IMG/VR virus record: IMGVR_UViG_3300025916_000008
Span: 104,845-162,409 of that record
DNA length: 57,565 bases
DNA from: a virus
Lineage: Duplodnaviria; Heunggongvirae; Uroviricota; Caudoviricetes
Strand: one strand, 5' to 3'
In this document: in pieces, positions 27,343 through 36,471 of the stretch
Layout of the letters: each line of letters starts with the position of its first letter
Numbering within the stretch: position 1 is the first letter of the stretch
Notes under the pieces: generated by a model
Databases searched by the model: none
The model's input: only the letters and a program-made list of their open reading frames with translations
What the model was told of the DNA's origin: nothing
Position numbers and translations under genes: made by a program

Positions 27343-27489
27343 GGACCCCTGGGACGCGCCGGGAGAGTGTGACCGGCGCGCCACCAGGGAATATCCCGGC
27401 GCGTGCCACAGTCTTCAATATCTGGAAAACTAGATAAGTCACAGTAACGGTCACACGCCGCGCCACACCCGCGCCACAGGAGAGAAGAA

Positions 27490-29511
27490 GTGCACGAGGA
27501 ACCGCAAGGGGGCTACGCCAAGCACGGCCACCCGGCAGAGACAGTCGGCCTTGCCGCCGTGGCGGCGCTCGGCCTGGAGGCCCTGCTGCCTGCCGTAGGG
27601 GCACCGGGATGGGTGCTGCCCGCGACGGAGATCATCGCGGGCCTCGGCACCGGGGTGGTTACCTGGGCCGGCACCGGCCGGATGCTGTTCCCGGCCTTCC
27701 TCGCCGCCATCGGCTCCTTCCTCGGCGGGTGGACCATCTACGCGCAGGTGGCCGGCCTGTGGCACTGGAACGTGATCGGCACCCTGATGGCCGGCACGGC
27801 GGCGCTCACCCCGCTCGGGGTGTTCTCCTGGCACAGGCGGAACCGCCGCCAGAACCCGTTCGACGGGCCTCCGGCCATCCTGGCGGTCCCCGAGCCCTTC
27901 GCGCTCCCCCCGCAGCCGGACGAGAACGAGCTGGAGATGCGCCGGTTCGAGATGATGCTGACGGACTTCGGGCTGGGCGACGAGAAGAGCCCCCTCACCG
28001 TCACCTCGCTGACCGAGGAGCGCTCCGGGCGCGTCGTCCGCTTCACGCTCCCCCTGTCGGGGAAGGTCACCATCCAGCACTGCCGCGACCAGGCCCGCAA
28101 CATCGAGGTGCGGATGCGCGCCGACGAGGGGGCGGTCAGCTTCGAGCGGGACGGGCCGTCCAGCAACGTGCTCATGCGGATTCGCGAGCGGGACGGGCTG
28201 TCGGAGTCGCGCACGCTCACCCCCGAGCTGCGCGCCACCACGTGCAACAAGCCGATCCTGGTGGGGTACCAGGAGGACGACACCCCGCAGCTCATCACCG
28301 TCCGCGAACTGCACACGATGATCGTCGGCACCACCGGCAGCGGGAAGTCGAACTTGCTCAACACCATCGTCACGCAGCTCGCCTGGTGCCCGGACACCAT
28401 CATCTGGGTCATCGACATGAAGGGCGGCCGGTTCGCCCGGCCGTGGTTCCAGGCATGGTCGGAAGGCAAGGCCATCGCCCCGCCGATCGACTGGCTGGCC
28501 ACCACGCGCAAGGAGGCCGAGCAGATGATGCTCGCCCTCCCGGCCGCCGTGGACGCCCGCTCCAAGAGCGGGATCGGCGGCAGCAAGATCATCCCGTCCG
28601 CTTCGATGCCGCAGATCCTCATGATCTGCGACGAGACGGCCGTCCTGCTCGGCACCGAGCGCGGCGGGCGCGCCCAGATCCAGGCAGACGAGAAGACCAA
28701 CACCTGGTTCGGCGAGCAAGCCGTCACGGTCGCCCAGATGGGCCGGTCAGAGGCGGTCGGGACCATGTGGGCAGGGCAGCGCGGCACCCAGTCGATGGCC
28801 GGCCCGAGCGACCTGAAGGCGCTCACCGACCAGCGCATCGCGCTGCGGCCCTCTTCCATCGACGAGCTTCAGTGGGTTATCCCTGATACCTACTTCGCCG
28901 GGGCGCAGCTCGCCTACCTCGCCGAGACCCCGGGGGTCGGGGTGGTCGCCAGGGGCAAGAAGGCCAGCCAGATCGTCAAGTTCCTGCACCATGACCACAT
29001 CGAGGGCGTGTGCGGGACCGACGAGAACGATCCGCGCTGCCCTCCGGAGTGCCCGATCTACCGCAGCGCCGTCGAGACAGCGCCGGTCCGGCCGCGCCTG
29101 GACCGGCTGACCGCCAGCGCCATCGGGCAGCCCTACGCCCGGCGGTGGGAACGGGCGGCCGAGAGCGGGGTCCTCCGGGTCCCGCAGACAGCGCTCCGGC
29201 CCGTTCCCGTCTCCCTGTCGGGCGGCGGGGACGCTGCCCGGTTCAACGACATCATCTCCGGCCTGAGCGACCCGGAGAGGGACCTCCACCCCGGACACAT
29301 CCGCATCCGGGAGCTGCTCGCGGCGCGCGGGGTAATGGGAGCCAGCGTCTCCCAGATGATGTCCGTGCTGGAGCAGGAGGGGATCAGCGGGGTGCGGGAG
29401 AGCGTGCACCGCTGGCTGCGGAGGGACCGCGACGACGGGCTCCTGCACCACCCCAGCTACCGCCGCTGGGTATGGGGGCCGGGGGAGAACACGCCCGACG
29501 ACGACGATTAG
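27490..29511 (+). CDS. traB: TraB-like FtsK/SpoIIIE conjugative dsDNA translocase
   Basis: N-terminal TM helices; HTMIVGTTGSGKS; WVIDMKGG; LMICDETA; GRSEAV..GQRGT; C-terminal winged-helix-like RESVHRWLRR. Confidence 0.85.
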   Translation: MHEEPQGGYAKHGHPAETVGLAAVAALGLEALLPAVGAPGWVLPATEIIAGLGTGVVTWAGTGRMLFPAFLAAIGSFLGGWTIYAQVAGLWHWNVIGTLMAGTAALTPLGVFSWHRRNRRQNPFDGPPAILAVPEPFALPPQPDENELEMRRFEMMLTDFGLGDEKSPLTVTSLTEERSGRVVRFTLPLSGKVTIQHCRDQARNIEVRMRADEGAVSFERDGPSSNVLMRIRERDGLSESRTLTPELRATTCNKPILVGYQEDDTPQLITVRELHTMIVGTTGSGKSNLLNTIVTQLAWCPDTIIWVIDMKGGRFARPWFQAWSEGKAIAPPIDWLATTRKEAEQMMLALPAAVDARSKSGIGGSKIIPSASMPQILMICDETAVLLGTERGGRAQIQADEKTNTWFGEQAVTVAQMGRSEAVGTMWAGQRGTQSMAGPSDLKALTDQRIALRPSSIDELQWVIPDTYFAGAQLAYLAETPGVGVVARGKKASQIVKFLHHDHIEGVCGTDENDPRCPPECPIYRSAVETAPVRPRLDRLTASAIGQPYARRWERAAESGVLRVPQTALRPVPVSLSGGGDAARFNDIISGLSDPERDLHPGHIRIRELLAARGVMGASVSQMMSVLEQEGISGVRESVHRWLRRDRDDGLLHHPSYRRWVWGPGENTPDDDD

Positions 29512-29512
29512 G

Positions 29513-30202
29513 TTAGCGCGGGCGCGGCGGGATGCCCGCCTGGGCGGTGACCCGGCTCACCTCGTCGGCGAGGGGGCCGCGCTCGCTCTCGGCCGCCAGG
29601 AGCTGGGCGGTCACGTCGCGCACCTGGGCGGCCAGCTCGTTGACCCGGCCGACGCGGGCCACGCCGTCGTCGTGGAGCTGGGAGAAGTGCGCCATCCGCG
29701 CGCCGGCCGCCTCGTCCACGGCGGCGGCACGGGCCGCCGCCTCGTCGGTCATCCGCTTCGCGTCGGCGCGGGCGCTGGAGATCAGCGAGTTCGCCTGGGA
29801 GCTGGCGCTCCGGTGGCTCTCGTCAGCCTGACGGCGGGCGTCCTCGATGATCTGGGCTGCCTGCTGCTCGGCCCCGGCGATCATCTCGGCGATCTGCTGC
29901 TCGGCCGCCGCCTGCTGCCCGGTCACCTCGTCTGCCACTACCTGGAGCACCTCCCACATGAGCTTGCGGCCGGCCGGGCTCTGAGCCGCCTGCACGACCT
30001 CCGCCCCGCCGTGCTGGAGGGCTACCGCAAGCTCGTGGCCGAGGCGCTCGATCTCCGTACGGGCCTCGGCCACCCACTGGTCTACCTGGCCCCGGTGGTA
30101 ACCGCGCTGGGCGATGTCGAACCCGGCGGCGCTCACCGACGCAGTAGGCAGCGCGGAAAGGGCGGCGGTACCGGACCGGGACGTCGGCTGCGGCATGGTC
30201 AT
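29513..30202 (-). CDS. DivIVA-domain coiled-coil protein
   Basis: FDIAQRGYHRGQVDQWV matches the DivIVA N-terminal F....RGY...EVD motif; followed by an Ala/Gln-rich coiled coil (EQQAAQIIEDARRQA). Confidence 0.75.
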   Translation of the reverse strand: MTMPQPTSRSGTAALSALPTASVSAAGFDIAQRGYHRGQVDQWVAEARTEIERLGHELAVALQHGGAEVVQAAQSPAGRKLMWEVLQVVADEVTGQQAAAEQQIAEMIAGAEQQAAQIIEDARRQADESHRSASSQANSLISSARADAKRMTDEAAARAAAVDEAAGARMAHFSQLHDDGVARVGRVNELAAQVRDVTAQLLAAESERGPLADEVSRVTAQAGIPPRPR

Positions 30203-30384
30203 GTGTAGATCCCGTCTGTCACGCCGGGGACGGTAACGGTCGTTTCCGCCTCAGAGGCCCCGTAAGTCCCAAGCTGATTAGCTGGAAACATCGTATCCGT
30301 GGCCATGATGATGCGGACGAAAAGGGGAGAACACGTCAGGACGGGCCTTCCCGACAGCGACGCAACGGCGGTGACCTGGGCCAT
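30199..30384 (-). CDS. Possible small protein
   Basis: ATG 30384 overlaps the upstream TGA and its stop overlaps the DivIVA-like start; codon bias is weak. Confidence 0.35.
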   Translation of the reverse strand: MAQVTAVASLSGRPVLTCSPLFVRIIMATDTMFPANQLGTYGASEAETTVTVPGVTDGIYT

Positions 30385-30665
30385 CAGGCCCCCATGATGC
30401 TCCCGGCCTGAACCTGCGCGGCCGTCAGCGTGTAGGTCGTGTCGGAGAACCCGAAGTCGGTGGAGCCGGAAGGAGTGTTCCCGGCCGGGACATCCGAGGA
30501 GCCGCCGCCGCGCCCGAGGGTGCACTCCGCCTGGCTCCCGGTCAGGTCGAACCCGGCCATGGTGACGGACTGGCCGCTGCCCAGGGTGACGGAGCTGCCG
30601 TTGACGGTCAGGTCGGACGACGAGGCGCTGCCGGCGTAAGACAGGCTGGTCGGGGTCTCCGCCAC
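30384..30665 (-). CDS. Small Ser/Thr/Gly-rich putative virion protein
   Basis: GTG 30665 directly after the upstream stop; beta-rich composition. Confidence 0.55.
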   Translation of the reverse strand: MAETPTSLSYAGSASSSDLTVNGSSVTLGSGQSVTMAGFDLTGSQAECTLGRGGGSSDVPAGNTPSGSTDFGFSDTTYTLTAAQVQAGSIMGA

Positions 30666-30667
30666 GG

Positions 30668-31060
30668 CTACATCGCCAGCGTGAGGCTGCCGGAGGCGAT
30701 GGTGAAGGTGTCCCCGGCGTTGGTCGTCTTCGGCGAGGTCAGCGGACCCCACCACAGGCGGCGCGGCGAGCCGCTGGAGTCCCACAGCTCCACGGCGTTG
30801 ATCGTCGTGGCCGGCATGTTGGTCACGGTGACCGCGACGTTGCTGGCCATCGAGCCGCCGGAAGCCGAGGCGAACGTCACCTGCGGAGCCCCGGTGCCCG
30901 AGGTGTAGCCGCCGCCCGTGGCCAGCTCGGTGCCGTTGCTGGTGTTGGTCCCTGTCGCCGTCATCAGGCGGCAGGTGATCGGCGTGGTCGGCGCGGTGAA
31001 GCTGTTTCCCACGGACGCCTGGAGGAGTCCGTTGGAGAAGGTCTGGTCGAGGTTGCTCAC
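30668..31060 (-). CDS. Minor tail / tail-fibre-associated protein
   Basis: GTELATGGGY..VELWD..RRLWWGPLTSPKTTNAGDTFTIASGSLTL, a common actinophage minor tail family pattern. Confidence 0.75.
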   Translation of the reverse strand: MSNLDQTFSNGLLQASVGNSFTAPTTPITCRLMTATGTNTSNGTELATGGGYTSGTGAPQVTFASASGGSMASNVAVTVTNMPATTINAVELWDSSGSPRRLWWGPLTSPKTTNAGDTFTIASGSLTLAM

Positions 31061-31257
31061 CCTGAGGCTCCCGTAAGGATCGCGTTGCAGCTACCGTCGG
31101 GACACCCGGCCTCCGCGCAGCACCTGAAGTGCCGCGAAGCGACGACCATGCTGCCGTCGTCCCCCGGTACCACCACCTGGTGGTGACCGAGGTCGTCGAC
31201 CTCATGGCAGTCGTCGCACTCGCGCAGAGCCCTCGCGGGCTCAGGCTGCACAGACAT
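31057..31257 (-). CDS. Small Cys-rich protein
   Basis: CDDC..HH..HFRCC..CPDGSC; SD AGGAGGG. Confidence 0.6.
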   Translation of the reverse strand: MSVQPEPARALRECDDCHEVDDLGHHQVVVPGDDGSMVVASRHFRCCAEAGCPDGSCNAILTGASG

Positions 31258-31283
31258 GAGGCTCCCTCCTGTTCCTTCCGGGC

Positions 31284-32276
31284 CTAGAAGCGCACGACGG
31301 CGGACGCGGTAAGCGCCGTCTTGGTGTCGTTCCGCTGGAGCTTCACCGTGGTCACCCCGCCCCACGCGCGCCTGAACACGACGCTGGTCGCCTGCCCGTT
31401 GTGAAGCGGGAAGCTGAGCTGCTGGGCGGTGGACCCGTCGGTGAACCAGGCGGTGGCGGTGACCACCGACCCGGTATCGCCGGCCACGGCGATGCGGAAG
31501 TCCGTGCTGGGGAACATCTCGGCGACGGGGACGATGACGGCGAGGTCGCCGGCGTGCAGGGGGACGATCATGCCTGGCTCGGCCACGGCTGGCTCCGGGG
31601 TGGGTACGGGCGGGGGCTTGGGGGCCGGGGGCTGCGGCAGCACGTGGGAGGCGAGCTGGGGGGCGGTCCCGGGGAAGGCCGAGCAGTCAACCGGGCCGGA
31701 GATGCCGGCCACGGAGGCGCTGGAGGTGAACTGGAGCATCAGCGGGGTCTTGCCGCCGTACGGTGCCCACCAGGAGGCGGGGACCTGCTGGTAGAGCACG
31801 CCGGGGTCACCGGACCCGTTCACGTACTCGCTGGCCCACAGCCAGTCGAAGAACGACAGGTCCATCCCGCCCGTGTACCAGTGCGGGCAGTACCCGCCGA
31901 TCGGGTGCCCCGGGTAGAGCCTGCGCAGCTCGGTCACGCAGTCGAGTGCCTGCTGGCGCGTCGGCGAGCCGGAGGGAGAGCGCTCCAGGTCGACGGCGAT
32001 GCCGAATCCCCCCAGGTCGCCCGCCTCCGAGGCGAAGTACTGGGCCTGGGCCGCCCCGCCCGCCCCGGCGTCCAGGAAGAGGTAGGCGACAGGGACGAAG
32101 CCGTGCGCGGCCACCTGGCGGAGCCCGGCCTTGGACGCGCTCCAGGCGGGGTTGGTGTACCCGGTGCCCTCGGACACCTTCTCCGCGCCGCCGATGCAGA
32201 CGGCGGACACCCGGTTCCATGCAGGGACGCCCTGGTAGGACGAGCAGTCCACGAAAAAATTGGTAGTCCCGGTCAC
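31284..32276 (-). CDS. Endolysin, GH25 muramidase with Pro-rich linker and C-terminal domain
   Basis: VDCSSYQ, KVSEGTGY, IAVDLE, LWASEY, LQFTSSASVAGISGPVDCS; start GTG 32276. Confidence 0.88.
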   Translation of the reverse strand: MTGTTNFFVDCSSYQGVPAWNRVSAVCIGGAEKVSEGTGYTNPAWSASKAGLRQVAAHGFVPVAYLFLDAGAGGAAQAQYFASEAGDLGGFGIAVDLERSPSGSPTRQQALDCVTELRRLYPGHPIGGYCPHWYTGGMDLSFFDWLWASEYVNGSGDPGVLYQQVPASWWAPYGGKTPLMLQFTSSASVAGISGPVDCSAFPGTAPQLASHVLPQPPAPKPPPVPTPEPAVAEPGMIVPLHAGDLAVIVPVAEMFPSTDFRIAVAGDTGSVVTATAWFTDGSTAQQLSFPLHNGQATSVVFRRAWGGVTTVKLQRNDTKTALTASAVVRF

Positions 32277-32290
32277 ACCCCTTCCGGGGG

Positions 32291-32665
32291 CTACGGGAGG
32301 ATCAGGCCCCCGGGGGAGTCCTTGTGGCCGTTCGACTGGGCGCGGGACCGGGCGCGCTGCTCGTCGGCCTCCGCCTGGCACCGCTGGTACAGCCCGTAGA
32401 CCAGGGTGTTCACGTTCCCCTGGTCGGCGTCGGGGTCAGCCAGCGGTGCCATGTAGAGGATGTGGTCCGTCCCCGCCGCCGCCCAGTCGACCGGGACGCT
32501 GACGGCGACCATGTAGGCCAGGTTCATGCCGCCGCCGGACCTGTCGGGCAGGAGGGCGGGAGTAAGCTCCCAGCCGATCTTCTCGCGGACCACCGCGAGC
32601 ACCGGCAGGCTGTCGATCGCTGCGGCGACCTTCGCGCCGATGGCTTCCGAGATCCGGTAGGGCAC
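32291..32665 (-). CDS. Hypothetical protein
   Basis: Starts immediately after the SNF2 stop; typical codon bias. Confidence 0.6.
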   Translation of the reverse strand: MPYRISEAIGAKVAAAIDSLPVLAVVREKIGWELTPALLPDRSGGGMNLAYMVAVSVPVDWAAAGTDHILYMAPLADPDADQGNVNTLVYGLYQRCQAEADEQRARSRAQSNGHKDSPGGLILP

Positions 32666-34243
32666 TCAAACCGCCTTCCTGGGCCGCGCCTGGGCGTACA
32701 GCTCCCTGCGGTCGTCGGCCGTCACGTAACCGTCTGCCTCGTCATCATGCAGCATGTAGTCCTGGGTCGCATTCCGGGCGAGGACGCTGCTGAGGTTGGA
32801 CGTGACCTCGATGGACGATTCGAGGACGAAGGTGACGAAAGTCAGCGGGTTCACCCGGCCGAGGCGGTGCCCCCGGCTGGCCCGCTGCACCCTGGTGGAG
32901 TGCTTCCCGGCGGCGTCGTACTCGACGATCACGTCAACGAACGGGACGTTGATCCCCCGGGCGGCGGCGTCGCTCACCAGCAGGACGGCCCCGCCCTCAT
33001 AGGCCTCGAACGCGGCGAGCTGGCGGTCCCGCTCGGCCGGGGTCATCCCGCCGTGGTAGGTGAACACCGGGCGGTCGCCCAGCCGGCGCTGCAAGGCTGG
33101 CATCACCGTGTGGGCGAAGAAGGTGAAGACCATCATCTTGCCGCCGCCGGCCATCACGATGTCGGCCGTCGAGACCAGTTCCTGGGCCTTGGCCGAGGAG
33201 CACTTCTCCAGGTCGCCGCCCAGCTCCTCGGCGATCATCGCCAGGAACTCCGACTCCCCGTTGCGGGCCGCCTCCAGGATGGCGAGCGGGTCACCGGCCA
33301 GCAGCCGCAGGGCGAGCTGGAGCCCGGCGGGGGTCTCGACGCGGTTGCCCTTCTCGTCCCAGGCCAGGTCCTCCAGCATCCGGTAGAGCTTGTACTGGTC
33401 CTCGTGCATCCGGATGCGGCGGAACTCCTCCAGCAGCGGCGGGAACGAGTCGCGCACATCGGGGTCGCTCTTGCGCTTACGCAAGATCCACGGGTCACAC
33501 AGCTCGCGGAACCACGCCATCCCGTCGGGCCGGTAGGAGGGACGCCCCCACGGGTCCCGGCTGCGCACCACCCGCTCGTCGAACTCCTTCACCGTGGGCA
33601 TGACGCGCGGCAGGACCACCCGGAACTCGTTGAACATGCCCTCCAAATCGCTGTCCATCGGGGTGCCGGACAGCGCGATGACGCGGGTCTCCCTGCACGC
33701 CTTGCGGAGCTGCTCCTCCAGCCACTTGTGCGCCTTGTAGAGCTGGGAGGACCGGCCGTGCCCGATCTTGGTCACCTCGTCGTAGACGAGCATGACCCTC
33801 CTGCCCGCGAGGGCCTCCAGCAGCGGCCCGGGGCGCTGCGTCCGCGACCGGCTGCCCTTCTCCGGGGCGACCGCCGCGTCGGTGCGGCAGGTCTCGTACG
33901 TGGTGACCAGCGCCTGGGGCAGGCCGTCCAGCAGCTTCTTGCGCTTGGGGCCGTGGTAGAGCCCCGCCGACAGCCGGGTGAACCGCGCGAGGTCGCGCAT
34001 CCACTCGCCGAGCTTGTTGACCTCGCAGCAGAAGATCACCAGGTCGATGTCCCCGTGCTCGAATGCGACGGCGGCGGTGCCGAGGGCCATCACGCTCTTG
34101 CCGAGCCCCATGTCGGCCGCCAGGACCGCTCGTCCCATCAGGTACATCCTGGCGATGAACTGGTACTGCCAGGGGATATCGTAGGTGGGCTTGAACAGCA
34201 CCCCGGGGGGCCACTCAGGATGGGGTTCTCCCAGCTCAGGCAT
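32666..34243 (-). CDS. SNF2-family (SF2) helicase/ATPase
   Basis: LAADMGLGKS, LVYDEV, ALSGTP, LVSDAAARGIN, QRASRGHRLG; real start ATG 34243 (the track extension is antisense to dinG). Confidence 0.85.
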   Translation of the reverse strand: MPELGEPHPEWPPGVLFKPTYDIPWQYQFIARMYLMGRAVLAADMGLGKSVMALGTAAVAFEHGDIDLVIFCCEVNKLGEWMRDLARFTRLSAGLYHGPKRKKLLDGLPQALVTTYETCRTDAAVAPEKGSRSRTQRPGPLLEALAGRRVMLVYDEVTKIGHGRSSQLYKAHKWLEEQLRKACRETRVIALSGTPMDSDLEGMFNEFRVVLPRVMPTVKEFDERVVRSRDPWGRPSYRPDGMAWFRELCDPWILRKRKSDPDVRDSFPPLLEEFRRIRMHEDQYKLYRMLEDLAWDEKGNRVETPAGLQLALRLLAGDPLAILEAARNGESEFLAMIAEELGGDLEKCSSAKAQELVSTADIVMAGGGKMMVFTFFAHTVMPALQRRLGDRPVFTYHGGMTPAERDRQLAAFEAYEGGAVLLVSDAAARGINVPFVDVIVEYDAAGKHSTRVQRASRGHRLGRVNPLTFVTFVLESSIEVTSNLSSVLARNATQDYMLHDDEADGYVTADDRRELYAQARPRKAV

Positions 34244-34249
34244 GTCCTG

Positions 34250-34302
34250 ATAATACCAGGGGAATGTCCCGGTAAGCGGTTGCAATACAGGATCTATTGA
34301 TA
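34250..34302. promoter_or_regulatory. Divergent promoter pair: minus-strand extended -10 TGgTATTAT (leaderless SNF2) and plus-strand ATACAG-N6-TTGATA (dinG)
   Basis: TATTAT at 34255..34250, 6 nt before ATG 34243; motif at 34285..34302. Confidence 0.6.
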
Positions 34303-34360
34303 ATAGGATAGGGTCATAGCCCCCGCGCGGGGGCGAACTTGAGAGCCAGGAGGAAGAGCC

Positions 34361-36424
34361 GTGACAGACATCGCCGAGCCCCAGGTCACCGCCCCGCTCA
34401 CCTTCGCGGAGGCCCAGGAGGTCCTCGCCGCGAACCTTCAGGGGTACGCCCGCCGGACCCACCAGATGGCGCTCGCCGAGATGATCGAGGGGGTCCTCGC
34501 AGGCGGCGGCCACGGGATCGCCCAGGCGGGCACCGGGACAGGAAAGTCCCTCGCCGCCCTGATCACGCACATCATCGCCGGGCTCCGCCTCAAGGACGCC
34601 GGGCTCCCCCACCGGACGGTCATCGCCACCGCGACGAAGGCGCTCCAGGGGCAGTACGCCTCCAAGGACCTCCCGTTCCTGGAGCAGTACCTGGGGGTCC
34701 CCTTCAAGTCGGCCGTCCTCAAGGGCCGCTCCAACTACCCGTGCCACCTCAAGATCGAGGAGCTGGACAGCCCGAACGCCGCCCAGCAGCAGGTCATCGC
34801 CCGGGTCCAGGAGATCAGCACCGACGAGGCCGTCAGGGAACTCACGGTCGTCGACCGGGAGAGCTTCCCCGGGATCAGCAGCGCGGACTGGAGCGCGTTC
34901 TCCATGTCGGCGGACGAGTGCCCGGGAAAGAAGGACTGCCCGTTCGGGGGCGTGTGCATCACCGAGCGCGCCAAGGCGAAGGCGGCAGACGCCGACGTGG
35001 TGGTGACCAACACCTCCTACCTGCTCCAGGACCTGATCCTGCGCAAGCGGTCTGACGGCAACGTGCAGCTCCTCGGCGAGATCGGCCGCATCGTCGTGGA
35101 CGAGGCGCACACCCTGGCCGAGGTGGCGCGCGGCGCGCTGGAGGACACCATCGGCCAGGGCAGCCTCGCCAAGATGGCCAGGGACATGAGCGCTTACATG
35201 CAGCGCGAGAAGCTGGACCACTCCCTGGCGTCGCAGGTCGAGCGGTCGGCCGCGTCCCTCTGGGAGCACCTGGAGTACGTCTACCGCACCTGGATGCGGG
35301 AGAAGAACTACGGCTCCGCCGACCCGATGGCCCTGTCCGAGCACGCGCTCATGATGGACTTCGGCTCCTACTTCATCGACCTGATCGAGGCGCTGTCGCG
35401 GGCGCGGGACGAAGTTAACTCCAAGCGCGCCTCCGACGACCGGCAGAAGCTGGCCAAGACGCGCATGCTGCGCCGCTCGGCCAACATGCTCGACCGGCTG
35501 GTGGCCTACGCCGGCTCGCCGGAGGGCGAGACGGTCCGCTGGGCCGAGCTGGAGGTCAAGATGTTCCGGGGCCAGCGGCACGAGCGGGTCCTGCTCTGCT
35601 CCTCCCCGGTCGACGTCGGCCCGTTCCTGCGCGACCTGCTCTGGGAGGAAGTCCCCACCATCCTGATGTCCGCCACCCTGGCGGTCGGCGGCAGCTTCGA
35701 GTTCACCGAGGCGAACGTCGGGCTCCGCAAGGGCGAGGCCGTCGCCTACAGCGCCGGCTCCCCGTTCGACTACCCGAAGCAGGCCGTCCTGTTCACCCCC
35801 GACAAGGACCGGCCCGAGCCGCTCCAGAAGACGATCGTGGCGTGGAAGGCCTACGCCCAGGCCGCCACCCGGCAACTGGTCAGCGCCTCCGGCGGCGGCG
35901 CGCTGCTGCTGTTCACCTCGCGCACCGCCATGAACGAGGCCTACGGCGCGCTCGCCGGCGACTTCCGGGACCAGGACCTGACAGTCCTGAAGCAGGACGA
36001 CTCGACGCCGGGCGAGCTGGTCCGGATCATGAAGGAAAACGGCCACGCGGTCCTGTTCGCGCTCAAGACCTTCTTCGAGGGCGTCGACATCCCCGGCAGC
36101 GCCCTGCGCCTGGTGGTGCTCGACAAGCTGCCGTTCGTGCCCCCCACGGACCTGGTGCACAAGGCGCGCGAGGAGGCGGTAGCCCGCCGGTACGGCACCC
36201 AGCGGGCAGGCTTCGACCACCTCTCGGTCCCGGAGATGACCCTCACCCTCACCCAGGCCTTCGGCCGGCTGATCCGCAGCACGTCCGACCGTGGCGTCGT
36301 GGCGATCCTCGACTCGCGCCTCAGCACCAAGGGCTACGGGCGCAAGATCATGGAGTCGCTCCCGCCGGCCCGGCGCACCAGCGACCTCAGGGTCGCGGCG
36401 GAGTTCCTCGCCACCTGCCGGTAA
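34361..36424 (+). CDS. dinG: DinG/YoaA-family Fe-S helicase
   Basis: QAGTGTGKS, LKGRSNYPC, ECPGKKDCPFGGVC, VVDEAH, MSATL, FEGVDIPG, QAFGRLIRS; SD AGGAGG. Confidence 0.92.
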   Translation: MTDIAEPQVTAPLTFAEAQEVLAANLQGYARRTHQMALAEMIEGVLAGGGHGIAQAGTGTGKSLAALITHIIAGLRLKDAGLPHRTVIATATKALQGQYASKDLPFLEQYLGVPFKSAVLKGRSNYPCHLKIEELDSPNAAQQQVIARVQEISTDEAVRELTVVDRESFPGISSADWSAFSMSADECPGKKDCPFGGVCITERAKAKAADADVVVTNTSYLLQDLILRKRSDGNVQLLGEIGRIVVDEAHTLAEVARGALEDTIGQGSLAKMARDMSAYMQREKLDHSLASQVERSAASLWEHLEYVYRTWMREKNYGSADPMALSEHALMMDFGSYFIDLIEALSRARDEVNSKRASDDRQKLAKTRMLRRSANMLDRLVAYAGSPEGETVRWAELEVKMFRGQRHERVLLCSSPVDVGPFLRDLLWEEVPTILMSATLAVGGSFEFTEANVGLRKGEAVAYSAGSPFDYPKQAVLFTPDKDRPEPLQKTIVAWKAYAQAATRQLVSASGGGALLLFTSRTAMNEAYGALAGDFRDQDLTVLKQDDSTPGELVRIMKENGHAVLFALKTFFEGVDIPGSALRLVVLDKLPFVPPTDLVHKAREEAVARRYGTQRAGFDHLSVPEMTLTLTQAFGRLIRSTSDRGVVAILDSRLSTKGYGRKIMESLPPARRTSDLRVAAEFLATCR

Positions 36425-36438
36425 CCCACGGCAAGCAC

Positions 36439-36471
36439 AAGGGGCCACTCTCGTCGCCAGAGTGGCCCCTT
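36439..36471. terminator. Bidirectional 13-bp stem terminator between convergent dinG and tail-fibre genes
   Basis: aaggggccactct-N7-agagtggcccctt. Confidence 0.75.

Noticed and set aside
10017-36424. Possible type IV CRISPR-Cas (Cas4-like gene plus DinG)
   Set aside because: No repeat-spacer array and no csf/cas5/6/7-like genes seen; both genes fit ordinary phage contexts.
32666-36448. 1260-aa SNF2 fusion
   Set aside because: The N-terminal part is antisense to dinG; the real start ATG 34243 has its own -10.
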